In this document: positions 17,348-26,481 of the stretch, piece after piece
How the letters are laid out: the number at the start of each line of letters is the position of its first letter
Numbering within the stretch: the stretch's first letter is position 1
Assembly: GCA_947085915.1 (NCBI GenBank)
Contig: CAMTYD010000020.1
Span: forward strand, 1-42,726
DNA length: 42,726 nucleotides
Source: an uncultured Parcubacteria group bacterium
Lineage (GTDB): Bacteria; Patescibacteriota; Minisyncoccia; Phycocordibacterales; UBA2100
Direction of reading: 5' to 3'
Notes under the pieces: generated by a model
Databases searched by the model: none
Seen by the model: only the letters and a program-made list of their open reading frames with translations
Told to the model about the DNA's origin: nothing
Position numbers and translations under genes: made by a program

Positions 17348-17929
17348 CCCATCACCGTACTTTTCTTCGGGCCCCAAGGTGCGGGGAAGGGTACACAGGT
17401 CAAGCTTCTCATGGAGGTCCTGAAGTCTCGCTCAGAGCGGGGCATCATTCACATAGACATGGGGCAACTCTTGCGCAATATGATTGCGGGAGGAGGACAC
17501 ACCGCAGAACTTACCAACGAAATCGTGGGCATAGGGAAGCGCATGCCTGATTTCATGCCGATATACCTCACAACCGACGCGTTGGTGAAGCAATTTAGCG
17601 GAGAAGAACACATCATTGCAGACGGCCTCGCACGTGGACCCGACCAGACGCGTGGATGGGACGACGCGATGGTTTTTTACGGACGCTCTGATTTTCACAT
17701 TATCTCCCTTGAGCTTTCAGAAGGGGAGAGTGTCGAGCGTCTCGTGAAGCGGGGACGCAGCGACGACACGGAAGATGCTATCAAGCAGCGATTGTCATGG
17801 CACAAAGCGGAGGTTGAGCCGCAGCTCGAATTCCTCAAGAGTCGCGGGCGTACTATTCACCGCATTGATGGCGCGCCGGACATCGAGACGGTGCACAAAA
17901 ATATTCTTTCAGCACTTCAATTGTCATGA
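17342..17929 (+). CDS. adk: Adenylate kinase (short-LID type)
   Basis: GPQGAGKGTQ, HIDMGQLLR, DGLARGPDQ, RGRSDD. Lies before map. Start taken as ATG 17342. Confidence 0.88.
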   Translation: MNPITVLFFGPQGAGKGTQVKLLMEVLKSRSERGIIHIDMGQLLRNMIAGGGHTAELTNEIVGIGKRMPDFMPIYLTTDALVKQFSGEEHIIADGLARGPDQTRGWDDAMVFYGRSDFHIISLELSEGESVERLVKRGRSDDTEDAIKQRLSWHKAEVEPQLEFLKSRGRTIHRIDGAPDIETVHKNILSALQLS

Positions 17930-18693
17930 TTATACGAAACCAAGCAGATATCGACGCGTTGCGAGAAGGGGGAAAGCGCCTCGCGCGGCACCTCCGCACA
18001 CTGAGTCTGATGGTCGCTCCGGGTGTTACCGGACAACAGCTCGAAGACAGAGCACGTGAATTGGTAAAAGCCGACGGCGACCTGCTCGCATTTCACGGAC
18101 ACACTGAGCGGAAAGGCGACAAGCCCTATCCATCAGGGCTCTGCCTCTCTGTCAACGACGTCATCGTGCACTCTCCCGCAAGCGAGAACGGCGCCATCAT
18201 TCACGACGGCGATGTGGTATGCCTCGACTTCGGTATCAAGCACAAGGGACTTTTTACTGACCATGCCGTGACCGTTATTGCGGGTACAAGACGCAATCCG
18301 CACGACGAAGAATTGGTCACCGGTACCTACGAAGCGCTCGCTGCGGGAATTGCCGAGGCGAGAGTAGGGAATACCACCGGTGACATCGGGTATGCAGTGC
18401 AGAAGATTGCCGAAAAGTACAATTTTGGCTACCCCAAAAATCTCTCGGGTCATGGGGTGGGACTCAAGGTGCACGAAGACCCGCACATACCGAATTTCGG
18501 AAGCCCCGGTAAGGGTACAAAGCTCGTCGAAGGTCTCGTCATCGCTATTGAGCCGATGATGGCACTTGGCTCTGGCGACCTTTTTGTAGACAAAGACGGT
18601 CACTCCTATCGGACGAAGGACGGCTCGCGTACCGCGCACGCGGAACACACGGTGCTTGTCACCAAAAATGGTCCCGAGATTTTAACTGTCTAG
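17926..18693 (+). CDS. map: Methionine aminopeptidase type I
   Basis: CLSVNDVIVH, GDVVCLDFG, GHGVGLKVHEDP, IAIEPM, AHAEHTV. Confidence 0.96.
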   Translation: MIIRNQADIDALREGGKRLARHLRTLSLMVAPGVTGQQLEDRARELVKADGDLLAFHGHTERKGDKPYPSGLCLSVNDVIVHSPASENGAIIHDGDVVCLDFGIKHKGLFTDHAVTVIAGTRRNPHDEELVTGTYEALAAGIAEARVGNTTGDIGYAVQKIAEKYNFGYPKNLSGHGVGLKVHEDPHIPNFGSPGKGTKLVEGLVIAIEPMMALGSGDLFVDKDGHSYRTKDGSRTAHAEHTVLVTKNGPEILTV

Positions 18694-18753
18694 CAGAGTG
18701 AGGGAAGTGCAAAAATTCATTTTTGCACTTCCGAGCGAGCGACGACAGAAAGC
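18687..18753 (+). repeat. 67-nt structured repeat, copy 1
   Basis: TGTCTAGCaGAGTGAG-[hairpin GGAAGTGCAAAAAT/ATTTTTGCACTTCC]-GAGCGAGCGACGACAgAAAGC; homologous to the reverse complement of 27146-27212. Confidence 0.85.
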
Positions 18754-18805
18754 TTTCGCTTACTGCGTAGCTTTTGCTTGGCAAGGAATAACGTACAATA
18801 CCCCA

Positions 18806-20080
18806 ATGGACGTCCTTGTTATTGGGAGCGGAGCGCGGGAACATGCCCTCGTATGGAAGCTAAAAGCTTCGCCGCGCGTGGGTAAGGTATACGTGGCACC
18901 CGGCAACGGCGGGACAGCTCTCATCGCTGAGAATGTAGCTATCGGAGTCATGGAATTCGAAGCTCTCGTCAAATTTGCAAAAGAGAAAAAAATAGGTTTT
19001 ACCATCCCTGGTCCCGATGATGCGTTTGTCGGCGGTATCGTCGACGTGTTCCAATCGCATGGATTGCGTGTCTGGGGTCCCACCAAGGATGCGGCACAAG
19101 TAGAAGGTTCAAAAGCATTCGCGAAGCAATTGATGCATGACGGCAAAATTCCGACGGCGGAATTTCAGGTGTTCTCAAATTCGGCAGCGGCACTCGCGCA
19201 TGTCCGCCTCCGTGGGGCACCCATCGTGGTAAAGGCGAGCGGACTCGCGCTCGGAAAAGGCGTCTACGTGTGCAAGACCACAGCAGAAGCAGAGCAAGCG
19301 ATTCAAGAAATCATGATTGACCGCATACACAAAGGCGCAGGCGATGAAGTTGTTATCGAGGAGTATCTCGATGGGCCTGAGATATCAATCCACGCTCTTA
19401 CGGGCGGAACCACACATATACTCTTCCCGTCATCGCAAGACCACAAAAGAGCACAGGATGGGGATCAAGGAAAGAATACTGGCGGTATGGGCACCATCGC
19501 CCCCGTTCCGTGGGTGACTGAGGACATGATGGCGGGTATTGAAAATGAAGTAGTGACGGGGACTTTTGATGAGCTCAACAAGCGCGGAATTCAATTTAAG
19601 GGTCTCTTGTTTCCCGGCGTTATGATAACCGTGAATGGGCCCAAGGTGCTCGAATACAATGCGCGTTTCGGTGATCCCGAAACACAGGTGTACATGCGTC
19701 TCCTCAAGAGCGATCTGCTCGACCTTCTTGAGGCATCTCTCGACGGTACGATAGATGCGATTCGCAACAATGTCGAATGGTACCGGGGATTTGCGGCGAA
19801 CATCGTCATCGCCTCCGGCGGGTACCCTGATGCATATCAGACAGGATTCCCGATAACCGGCATTGAAGAAGCCGAACGAGACGAGCATGTCGTCGTATTT
19901 CAAGCTGGTACAAAAATGGACAAAGGTCAGCTGGTTACCGCAGGTGGGCGAGTCCTTAGCGTCTCCGCGATAGGTGGCACGCTCAAGCAAGCGCTTGACC
20001 GCGCCTACGCAGCTGTCGAGAAGATTCATTTCGAAGGCATGCACTTCCGTCGCGACATTGGTGCGAAGTCTTTGTCATAA
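18806..20080 (+). CDS. purD: Phosphoribosylamine--glycine ligase
   Basis: VLVIGSGAREHAL, APGNGG, EGSKAFAK, VKASGLALGKGV, QDHKRA, NTGGMG, EYNARFGDPETQ, AGGRVL. Confidence 0.96.
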   Translation: MDVLVIGSGAREHALVWKLKASPRVGKVYVAPGNGGTALIAENVAIGVMEFEALVKFAKEKKIGFTIPGPDDAFVGGIVDVFQSHGLRVWGPTKDAAQVEGSKAFAKQLMHDGKIPTAEFQVFSNSAAALAHVRLRGAPIVVKASGLALGKGVYVCKTTAEAEQAIQEIMIDRIHKGAGDEVVIEEYLDGPEISIHALTGGTTHILFPSSQDHKRAQDGDQGKNTGGMGTIAPVPWVTEDMMAGIENEVVTGTFDELNKRGIQFKGLLFPGVMITVNGPKVLEYNARFGDPETQVYMRLLKSDLLDLLEASLDGTIDAIRNNVEWYRGFAANIVIASGGYPDAYQTGFPITGIEEAERDEHVVVFQAGTKMDKGQLVTAGGRVLSVSAIGGTLKQALDRAYAAVEKIHFEGMHFRRDIGAKSLS

Positions 20081-20140
20081 TCTAAACTTGGCGCTATAGT
20101 CCTATCGGCGCCACACCTGAATGTGGCTAGGAGTAACGTC

Positions 20141-20527
20141 ATGGCATTCAAATGGCTTGAAGACCGAAGGGCAAAAAGGGCGGCTGAAGAAGCAGCAGAA
20201 GCGCAAAGGGTCGCTGACGACAATGCGATAGCAAAAGCGAAGGCAGAACGCCGGGCGGCAGACGCCTACGCAGCTGAGCTTGAACGTATCCGCGCAGCAA
20301 TCAATAACGCGTCGGAGGCAGGCAAACGTTTCGTCGTCATTCCCCACGACTCATCGGTCGGCTACCGCCGCTTTGTCTACGCGGTTGTCGAAGTCTCCAA
20401 CGACTGCAATGTCGAAACAATCGTATTCACGCACGATGTCTCGAGACGTTGGGATTCCGCCGAGTCAACGAATGAATGTGCGGTCTTGACGTTGCGCCTC
20501 GCCGTTGCAAGAGCTGCGGCTGCGTAA
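20141..20527 (+). CDS. Hypothetical orphan protein with Ala/Glu/Arg-rich helical N terminus
   Basis: AGGAG upstream of ATG 20141, upstream TATAGT and downstream hairpin; no recognised motif. Confidence 0.6.
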   Translation: MAFKWLEDRRAKRAAEEAAEAQRVADDNAIAKAKAERRAADAYAAELERIRAAINNASEAGKRFVVIPHDSSVGYRRFVYAVVEVSNDCNVETIVFTHDVSRRWDSAESTNECAVLTLRLAVARAAAA

Positions 20528-20592
20528 GCCGTCCGAGAAGAGACGTTCGAGTACATGCACTCGCGTCCACTCCTCGGGCGGCTCTTCTTTTT
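20527..20592 (+). terminator. Long hairpin plus U-tract
   Basis: AGCCGTCCGAG...CTCGGGCGGCT outer stem followed by CTTCTTTTT. Confidence 0.6.
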
Positions 20593-20632
20593 ATACACGA
20601 TACTCCATACAAGATACGTTATACTTACTGAC

Positions 20633-23455
20633 ATGCCTCCCATGATGGAGAAGCCGCGCAACGCGGCACTTCCGAAATTTAAATCTCCCGAAGAGGAACT
20701 CGCCTATTTGCGCGAGCGGGTGCGCGAGAAAGAGGCTGAAATGGAAGCCCCGGACAACCGTTTCGAGAGTGACCGCATTGCCAAGCGTGAAGTAGCGGCC
20801 TACGCGGAGATATCTCCGGCGACCATTCTTCACGAGACGGTAGTCATGGCTGAGCACGACATTCTTAAAAACGTCCTCAAGCTTGAGCCTGAGACGCACG
20901 ATAAGCAAGTGGATGAAATCTTACGACTCGTGCAGAGTAGCGGCATCCGCAATGCGCTATCCGTTGCGGCTCGGATGAAGAATCCCCATCTTGAAGACGA
21001 TGTGCACCGAGCGCTGGTACGGTATATCGCCGAAGGGTTGCCCGATAAGGGCATGGGGGTGCCGGAGAAGGTGCGACGTTCGCTCAACATGGTGCTCTTC
21101 GAGATACAGCCGCAGGCGCATGGCGAGGGTGACAAACAGGACAATCAGCAACATAAATTGGAGCAATTGCTCTCATCTTCTGAGCAGCTCTACGCGGGTC
21201 TTACCTCGCTCGTAGACAAACATGAAGGCTTCTCGCTCGAGATTGCCGTACAAGAAGGGACTGAGGAAGCGTTTCTGTACTTGGGGGTACCGCGTGCGAA
21301 AAAGATACTTGCCGAGCGTCTGATTTCATCAGTATTTCCAAATGCGCGCCTGTCGGAATCTCGCGGAGACTACAACATCTTTAATGTTGAGGGGCATCAT
21401 GCGGCCGCGTACGCAACCCTCGCTGACCACCCCTGCCTGCCGTTGAAGACTCCGGAGTTGTTTGAACACGACCCGATGAACGTTCTCTTAGCTGCTTTTG
21501 CGAAGCTTGCGAAACATGGGGAGGGTGCCGCACTACAGATAACCGTCTCGACCGAAGGTGACCGCTACAATCACCACTACAAAAAGATTTTGCGCCAGCT
21601 TGAGAAGGGAAAGAATTTCCGCAAGGCAATCAAAATCCCTGAGACTGAAATAGGGGAGGCGGTCTACGCGATGGCCAAGCAGGTATTCATGCCGGAGGCA
21701 CACAAAAAAGAACTGGAGAGCCAGTTCAGAAAAACATCCGACCAAGTCATGACTGAGGAGATTACGAAGAAGATTAAGAGCCGCATTTCACCCGTCTCAA
21801 TCCGTCTGGTCACTTCTGCACCCACAAAAGAGCGTGCCGAAGAATTGCTCAAAAATCTCGAATCTCCCTTCAATCAATACGATGACTCGAAAGGCAATCA
21901 GCTGGTCTTCAAACACGTCGGGAGCTGGGGACTGACAGAGTTTATCCGCAGTTTTACCTATCGGGAATTTGACCACTCTATATCCATGCCGCTCTCGCTC
22001 GCCGAAGTCACTTCGATTTTCCACTTCACCGCTGAGCGTGTGACGACTTCGCGAGAGTTGAAGCGCAGTTTCGCAAAGCAGGCTCCCGCTCCGGTCGAAA
22101 CACCCCAGGACGGCATCGTCGTCGGTATCAACCACTACGGTGCCGATGAAACACCGGTCAGATTTGGACCATCGGACCGCCTCCGCCATGCGTACGTCAT
22201 CGGGCAGACGGGTACCGGAAAGACCGGCTTCCTTAAGAACATGATCATTCAAGACATCCGCAACGGGGAAGGAGTCGCATTTATAGACCCGCACGGCAAC
22301 GACATAGAAGACGTGCTCGCTGCGATTCCGCCCGAGCGTATGAAAGATGTCATTTACTTCGACCCCGCGTACACAGCGCGCCCGATGGGTCTCAACATGC
22401 TTGAGTACGACCGCACGAAGCCGGAGATGAAGACATTCGTCGTGGACGAAGTGTATGGCATCTTCCGCAAGCTGTACGCGGATGTCCCCGAAGCCTTCGG
22501 TCCGATGTTCGAACAGTACTATCGCAACGCCGTACAGCTCGTTGTCGAAGATCCCGACTCAGGCTCTACGTTCGTTGAGATCCCGCGCGTCTTTGCCGAT
22601 ACCGCATTCCGCAATCTAAAACTCTCGAAGTGCAACAATCCCATCATCGTGCAATTCTGGCGCAAAATCGCTGAGCAAGCGCAGGGTGACCCGTCACTCG
22701 AGAACGTAGCGCCCTACATCACGTCAAAATTCGATGTGTTCCTCACCAACGACATCATGCGCCCTATCGTTTCTCAGGAAAAGTCCGCATTTAATTTCCG
22801 AGAAATAATGGACGGCAAGAAGATTTTCCTCGCCAATCTCTCGAAGGGCAGACTCGGTGACCGCAACACATCACTCCTGGGTCTCATCCTCGTATCTAAA
22901 TTCCTCCAAGCCGCATTTTCCCGCGTGGATACGCGCGGCGATTTGCCGGTCTTCTATATGTACATCGACGAATTCCAGAACTTCGCGACGCCCTCCATCG
23001 CGACCATTCTCTCCGAAGCACGTAAATACAAGCTCTCGCTCACCATCGCGCACCAATTCATCGCGCAGCTCGAAGAGGACATCCGCGATGCGGTCATCGG
23101 CAACGTGGGCACCAAGGCGGCATTCCGCATCGGTACTCAAGACGCGGAATTCCTCGAGAAGCAATTCGCTCCGACGTTCCAGCAGCGCGACTTGGAAAAT
23201 TTACCGAACAGAAACGCGGTCTTAGCCCTCCTCGTCAACGGTGTACCGGCACGGCCATTTACGATAGAAACACAGGAGCTGCCGAAATTTGATTATTCCC
23301 ATGTGGATGCGGTCAAACAGCTCTCGTACATGACATATGGCAAAGATAGAGAAGAGGTGGAAGCCGAAACCCGCCGCAAATTCGACGCAGCGTACGGCAA
23401 AAAACCGGCACCAAATCCGCTCGATTTGCCCGACCCCGCATCGCTCTACCAATAA
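20633..23455 (+). CDS. TraG/TraD/VirD4-like (HerA/DUF87-related) coupling ATPase
   Basis: DRLRHAYVIGQTGTGKT (Walker A), FIDPHG, YIDEFQNF (Walker B), LSEARKY, AHQFIAQL, GNVGT. Start at ATG 20633, 7 nt after TATACT. Confidence 0.88.
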   Translation: MPPMMEKPRNAALPKFKSPEEELAYLRERVREKEAEMEAPDNRFESDRIAKREVAAYAEISPATILHETVVMAEHDILKNVLKLEPETHDKQVDEILRLVQSSGIRNALSVAARMKNPHLEDDVHRALVRYIAEGLPDKGMGVPEKVRRSLNMVLFEIQPQAHGEGDKQDNQQHKLEQLLSSSEQLYAGLTSLVDKHEGFSLEIAVQEGTEEAFLYLGVPRAKKILAERLISSVFPNARLSESRGDYNIFNVEGHHAAAYATLADHPCLPLKTPELFEHDPMNVLLAAFAKLAKHGEGAALQITVSTEGDRYNHHYKKILRQLEKGKNFRKAIKIPETEIGEAVYAMAKQVFMPEAHKKELESQFRKTSDQVMTEEITKKIKSRISPVSIRLVTSAPTKERAEELLKNLESPFNQYDDSKGNQLVFKHVGSWGLTEFIRSFTYREFDHSISMPLSLAEVTSIFHFTAERVTTSRELKRSFAKQAPAPVETPQDGIVVGINHYGADETPVRFGPSDRLRHAYVIGQTGTGKTGFLKNMIIQDIRNGEGVAFIDPHGNDIEDVLAAIPPERMKDVIYFDPAYTARPMGLNMLEYDRTKPEMKTFVVDEVYGIFRKLYADVPEAFGPMFEQYYRNAVQLVVEDPDSGSTFVEIPRVFADTAFRNLKLSKCNNPIIVQFWRKIAEQAQGDPSLENVAPYITSKFDVFLTNDIMRPIVSQEKSAFNFREIMDGKKIFLANLSKGRLGDRNTSLLGLILVSKFLQAAFSRVDTRGDLPVFYMYIDEFQNFATPSIATILSEARKYKLSLTIAHQFIAQLEEDIRDAVIGNVGTKAAFRIGTQDAEFLEKQFAPTFQQRDLENLPNRNAVLALLVNGVPARPFTIETQELPKFDYSHVDAVKQLSYMTYGKDREEVEAETRRKFDAAYGKKPAPNPLDLPDPASLYQ

Positions 23456-23491
23456 TTCCGCTTGAGTGGGAAACGTGATACATTGTCGCTT

Positions 23492-24094
23492 ATGGAACAT
23501 CCTAAAAAAGAGCGGACATTTGTCATGGTTAAGCCTGACGGCGTGCAGCGTGGCTTGGTGGGAGAAGTAATCAAGCGCTACGAGCGCACGGGCCTCAAGC
23601 TCGTAGGTTTAAAGCTTTGCCTCGCCGACGAGAAAAAATTATGGGAACACTACGGTAAGGACGATGTGTGGTTCCTCAAAAAAGGTACCAAAATAATGGA
23701 AGACAAAAAAGCCAACAATCTGCCGGTCACCAAAGAGGCGATTGAATACGGAAAAGACATCATCGGACAGCTCGTAAAATTTATGACGAGCGGACCCGTC
23801 ATTCAAATGGTGTGGGAAGGTAATCAAGCGGCCGCTGTTGTCGTCAAAATTACCGGTACCACCGAGCCTGCGACTTCCGACGTCGGCACCATTCGTGGAG
23901 ACCTCACCATCGACTCATACAATATCGCCGCAGTTGATGACCGTGCAGTACGCAATCTCATTCACTGCTCAGAATCAGCGGAGGAAGGAAAACGCGAAAT
24001 CGCTATTTGGTTTACCGAAGCTGAGATGACCGGATATCGCCTCGTGGGGGAGCAGATTCTCTACGACGTAAACCTTGACGGAATCTTGGAATAG
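23492..24094 (+). CDS. ndk: Nucleoside diphosphate kinase
   Basis: ERTFVMVKPDGVQRGLVGEVI, FMTSGP, GTIRGD, catalytic RNLIHCSES. Confidence 0.95.
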   Translation: MEHPKKERTFVMVKPDGVQRGLVGEVIKRYERTGLKLVGLKLCLADEKKLWEHYGKDDVWFLKKGTKIMEDKKANNLPVTKEAIEYGKDIIGQLVKFMTSGPVIQMVWEGNQAAAVVVKITGTTEPATSDVGTIRGDLTIDSYNIAAVDDRAVRNLIHCSESAEEGKREIAIWFTEAEMTGYRLVGEQILYDVNLDGILE

Positions 24095-24150
24095 CGTTGC
24101 ATAAAGATATTCACATACACCTCATTTTCACGGGTGTATACTTGTTTTTA

Positions 24151-24269
24151 GCGGTTAGGTACGAAAACCTGCTGGTGCGAATAAGGGTAATCCGATATCG
24201 CTCTGCGCCTTGGCGTAGACGCTGAGGACTCCCACCTGGCTCCAATACCAGGCTCACCGTACTTGCCGC
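24151..24269 (+). ncRNA. ssrS: Probable compact 6S RNA
   Basis: Own -10 (TATACT 24137-24142). Ends pair (GCGGTTAGGTACG/CGTACTTGCCGC), giving a rod with an apical TCTGCGC/GCGTAGA stem and a central bubble. The 3' CCCACCTG...CAGGCTCA segment resembles 6S RNAs of Gram-positive lineages. A terminator-like hairpin follows. Confidence 0.55.
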
Positions 24270-24272
24270 CCC

Positions 24273-24316
24273 ACAGCAACATCTCACCGCTATCTGGTTG
24301 AGGTGTTTTGTGTTTC
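24273..24316 (+). terminator. Hairpin/terminator after the putative 6S RNA
   Basis: AACATCTCA...TGAGGTGTT stem followed by TTGTGTTT. Confidence 0.5.
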
Positions 24317-24380
24317 TGGGAAGACATTGTTTTGCCTCCAAGCCCCGCCAACGGCGGGGTTGAGGTGCTAGAATCGCTCA

Positions 24381-25775
24381 ATGTCATCGACGATAGCTTT
24401 CCATGGGGGTGCGGGAACGGTGACGGGTGCAAATTTTCTCCTCGATACGGGTACACAAAAAATATTGATTGATTGCGGCATTCTTCAGAGAGAAATGGTC
24501 TGTGATGTGGTGAATAGTGCCCCTTTTCCGTACGAAGTAAGCACGGTAGACGCACTTATCGTGACGCACGCGCATGCAGACCACATCGGGCGCATCCCGC
24601 GGCTCGTACGCGATGGCTTCCGTGGCTCTATTCACTCGACGGGCGCAACGTATGATCTTGCGGCTCTCATGTTTGCCGATGCGGTCCGCGTGATGCAGGA
24701 AGATGCACTCAAGCATGGGTGCGAAGTGTTGTATGAAGCGGGTGATGTCGAAAAGGCGCTCTCGCTGTGGGAAGGTCATGAGTACCATGCACCGTTTTCC
24801 CTGGCCGGGCAGGCGGTCGGGGAGGTGACTATAGAATTATTTGATGCGGGGCATATCGTAGGTTCAAGTATCGTAAAGATGAGCCGCCTTCGCCAAGGCT
24901 TCGGCGAGCCGAGGCGCTCAATTATTTTTACCGGTGACCTCGGCAATTCGCCCGAGCCACTTCTCAACGACACCGAATTTCCCGAGGGCGCGAACTATAT
25001 TGTCATGGAGAGTGTGTACGGAGACCGGGCTCACGAAGGGCGTGAAGAACGTCGCGAACAGCTGCGCCTCTGTGTAGAAAAGGTACGGGCGCACAAGGGG
25101 GTGTTGCTTATCCCGTCTTTCTCTCTCGAGCGCACACAGCTCCTACTCTTTGAGCTCAATGTAATGATGGAAGAGGGGAAGCTCGCGTCTATACCGGTGT
25201 ATCTTGATTCGCCGCTTGCTATCAAGGCGACGGAGATATTCCGCACGTACAAGCATCTACTCAATCCTGCTGCCCAGAAGCATTTTTCAGGGGATAGTGA
25301 TCCTTTTTCGTTCCAGAGCTTGAAGCTGACCCGGGATGTCACTGAATCCCGAGCAATTCATGCGGCACCGAGCCCGAAGGTCATCATTGCGGGTGCAGGC
25401 ATGTCTCATGGGGGGCGCATCCGCGCACACGAAAAATACTATTTAGGCGATAAGCATGCAACCATTCTATTCGTTGGGTACCAAGTGCCGGGCTCTCTCG
25501 GCAGGCGTATTCAAGATGGAGAGAAGCGTGTCCAGATAGACGGTGAACACATCCGCATTCATGCCTCGCGCGAGACGCTTTCCGGATATTCCGGACATGC
25601 CGACCGCGAACAATTGCTCACCTTCGTCGAGAATACAGGCGAGAAGGCGGAGCGTGTCTTTGTCGCGATGGGGGAGCCGCGAGCTTCCGGATTCCTTGCG
25701 CAACGTATAAGAGATTTTCTTGGGGTTGACGCGGTTGTGCCCGAAGCAGGGCAGATATTTGAAATAAATTGGTAA
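24381..25775 (+). CDS. MBL-fold beta-CASP ribonuclease
   Basis: GGAGTVTG, THAHADHIGR, DAGHIVGS, FTGDLG, MESVYG, PSFSLERTQ, YSGHADR. Confidence 0.92.
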   Translation: MSSTIAFHGGAGTVTGANFLLDTGTQKILIDCGILQREMVCDVVNSAPFPYEVSTVDALIVTHAHADHIGRIPRLVRDGFRGSIHSTGATYDLAALMFADAVRVMQEDALKHGCEVLYEAGDVEKALSLWEGHEYHAPFSLAGQAVGEVTIELFDAGHIVGSSIVKMSRLRQGFGEPRRSIIFTGDLGNSPEPLLNDTEFPEGANYIVMESVYGDRAHEGREERREQLRLCVEKVRAHKGVLLIPSFSLERTQLLLFELNVMMEEGKLASIPVYLDSPLAIKATEIFRTYKHLLNPAAQKHFSGDSDPFSFQSLKLTRDVTESRAIHAAPSPKVIIAGAGMSHGGRIRAHEKYYLGDKHATILFVGYQVPGSLGRRIQDGEKRVQIDGEHIRIHASRETLSGYSGHADREQLLTFVENTGEKAERVFVAMGEPRASGFLAQRIRDFLGVDAVVPEAGQIFEINW

Positions 25776-25797
25776 TGGGATGATATAATTTTATTCA

Positions 25798-26481
25798 ATG
25801 GCAAAAAGGAATCTCCATCCCAACCACACCGCCGTGCCGCTGAATTTTTGCCGGTTGCCTGATGGCTATGGTGTCGTGAAAATAGGGGTCTCCGGTGCTG
25901 CAGAGACAGGGGCATGCGGGCTTGATGCATACGAAAAAGCCAAAGAAGTTGGACGTGAGATAGCGAAACAGGGCGGTATCATCACCACGGGTGCTACCAC
26001 TGGATTCCCAATGTATTCCGCGATGGGCGCCAAGGACGAATGCGGGTTTTCTATCGGATTTTCACCTGCGGCCAATGAACGCGAGCACGTGGAGACTTAC
26101 AAGCTACCCCTCGATTTTATGGATGTGGTCGTGTATACCGGTTTCGGCTATGCGGGTCGCGATTTGCTCTTCGTGCGCTCATCTGACGCCATGATAATAG
26201 GATGCGGACGCGTCGGTACCTTGAATGAGTTTGCGGTCGCTTTCGAAGATAGACGCCCTATCGGTATCTTGGAAGGCTCGTGGGAGACGGATGAAATTCT
26301 CAGACGTGTGATTGAGGCTGCACATCGTCCGAATGCCAAAATTATCTTCGACTCAGACCCCAAGGCCATGGTTGAGCGCTTGATTGAAATGGTGAAAAAA
26401 GACAAAGAAAAGACGATGCTCGTCTACAACAATCACGACAATAGAGGTCCGGCGACGAGGCAGGAGGAGGTGATCCTATAG
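25798..26481 (+). CDS. LOG/SLOG family nucleotide-binding protein
   Basis: IGVSGAA, ITTGATTGFP, TGFGYAGRD, GCGRVGTLNEF. Confidence 0.8.
   Translation: MAKRNLHPNHTAVPLNFCRLPDGYGVVKIGVSGAAETGACGLDAYEKAKEVGREIAKQGGIITTGATTGFPMYSAMGAKDECGFSIGFSPAANEREHVETYKLPLDFMDVVVYTGFGYAGRDLLFVRSSDAMIIGCGRVGTLNEFAVAFEDRRPIGILEGSWETDEILRRVIEAAHRPNAKIIFDSDPKAMVERLIEMVKKDKEKTMLVYNNHDNRGPATRQEEVIL

Noticed and set aside
24151-24269. 5S rRNA or hammerhead ribozyme
   Set aside because: Length fits 5S but the conserved CCGAAC and GAUGGUA-type motifs and Y-shaped fold are missing. GAAA and CUGAGGA occur, but stem II cannot close between them.
24148-24555. 135-aa minus-strand ORF
   Set aside because: Antisense to the putative 6S RNA and the RNase start, with no protein motif.
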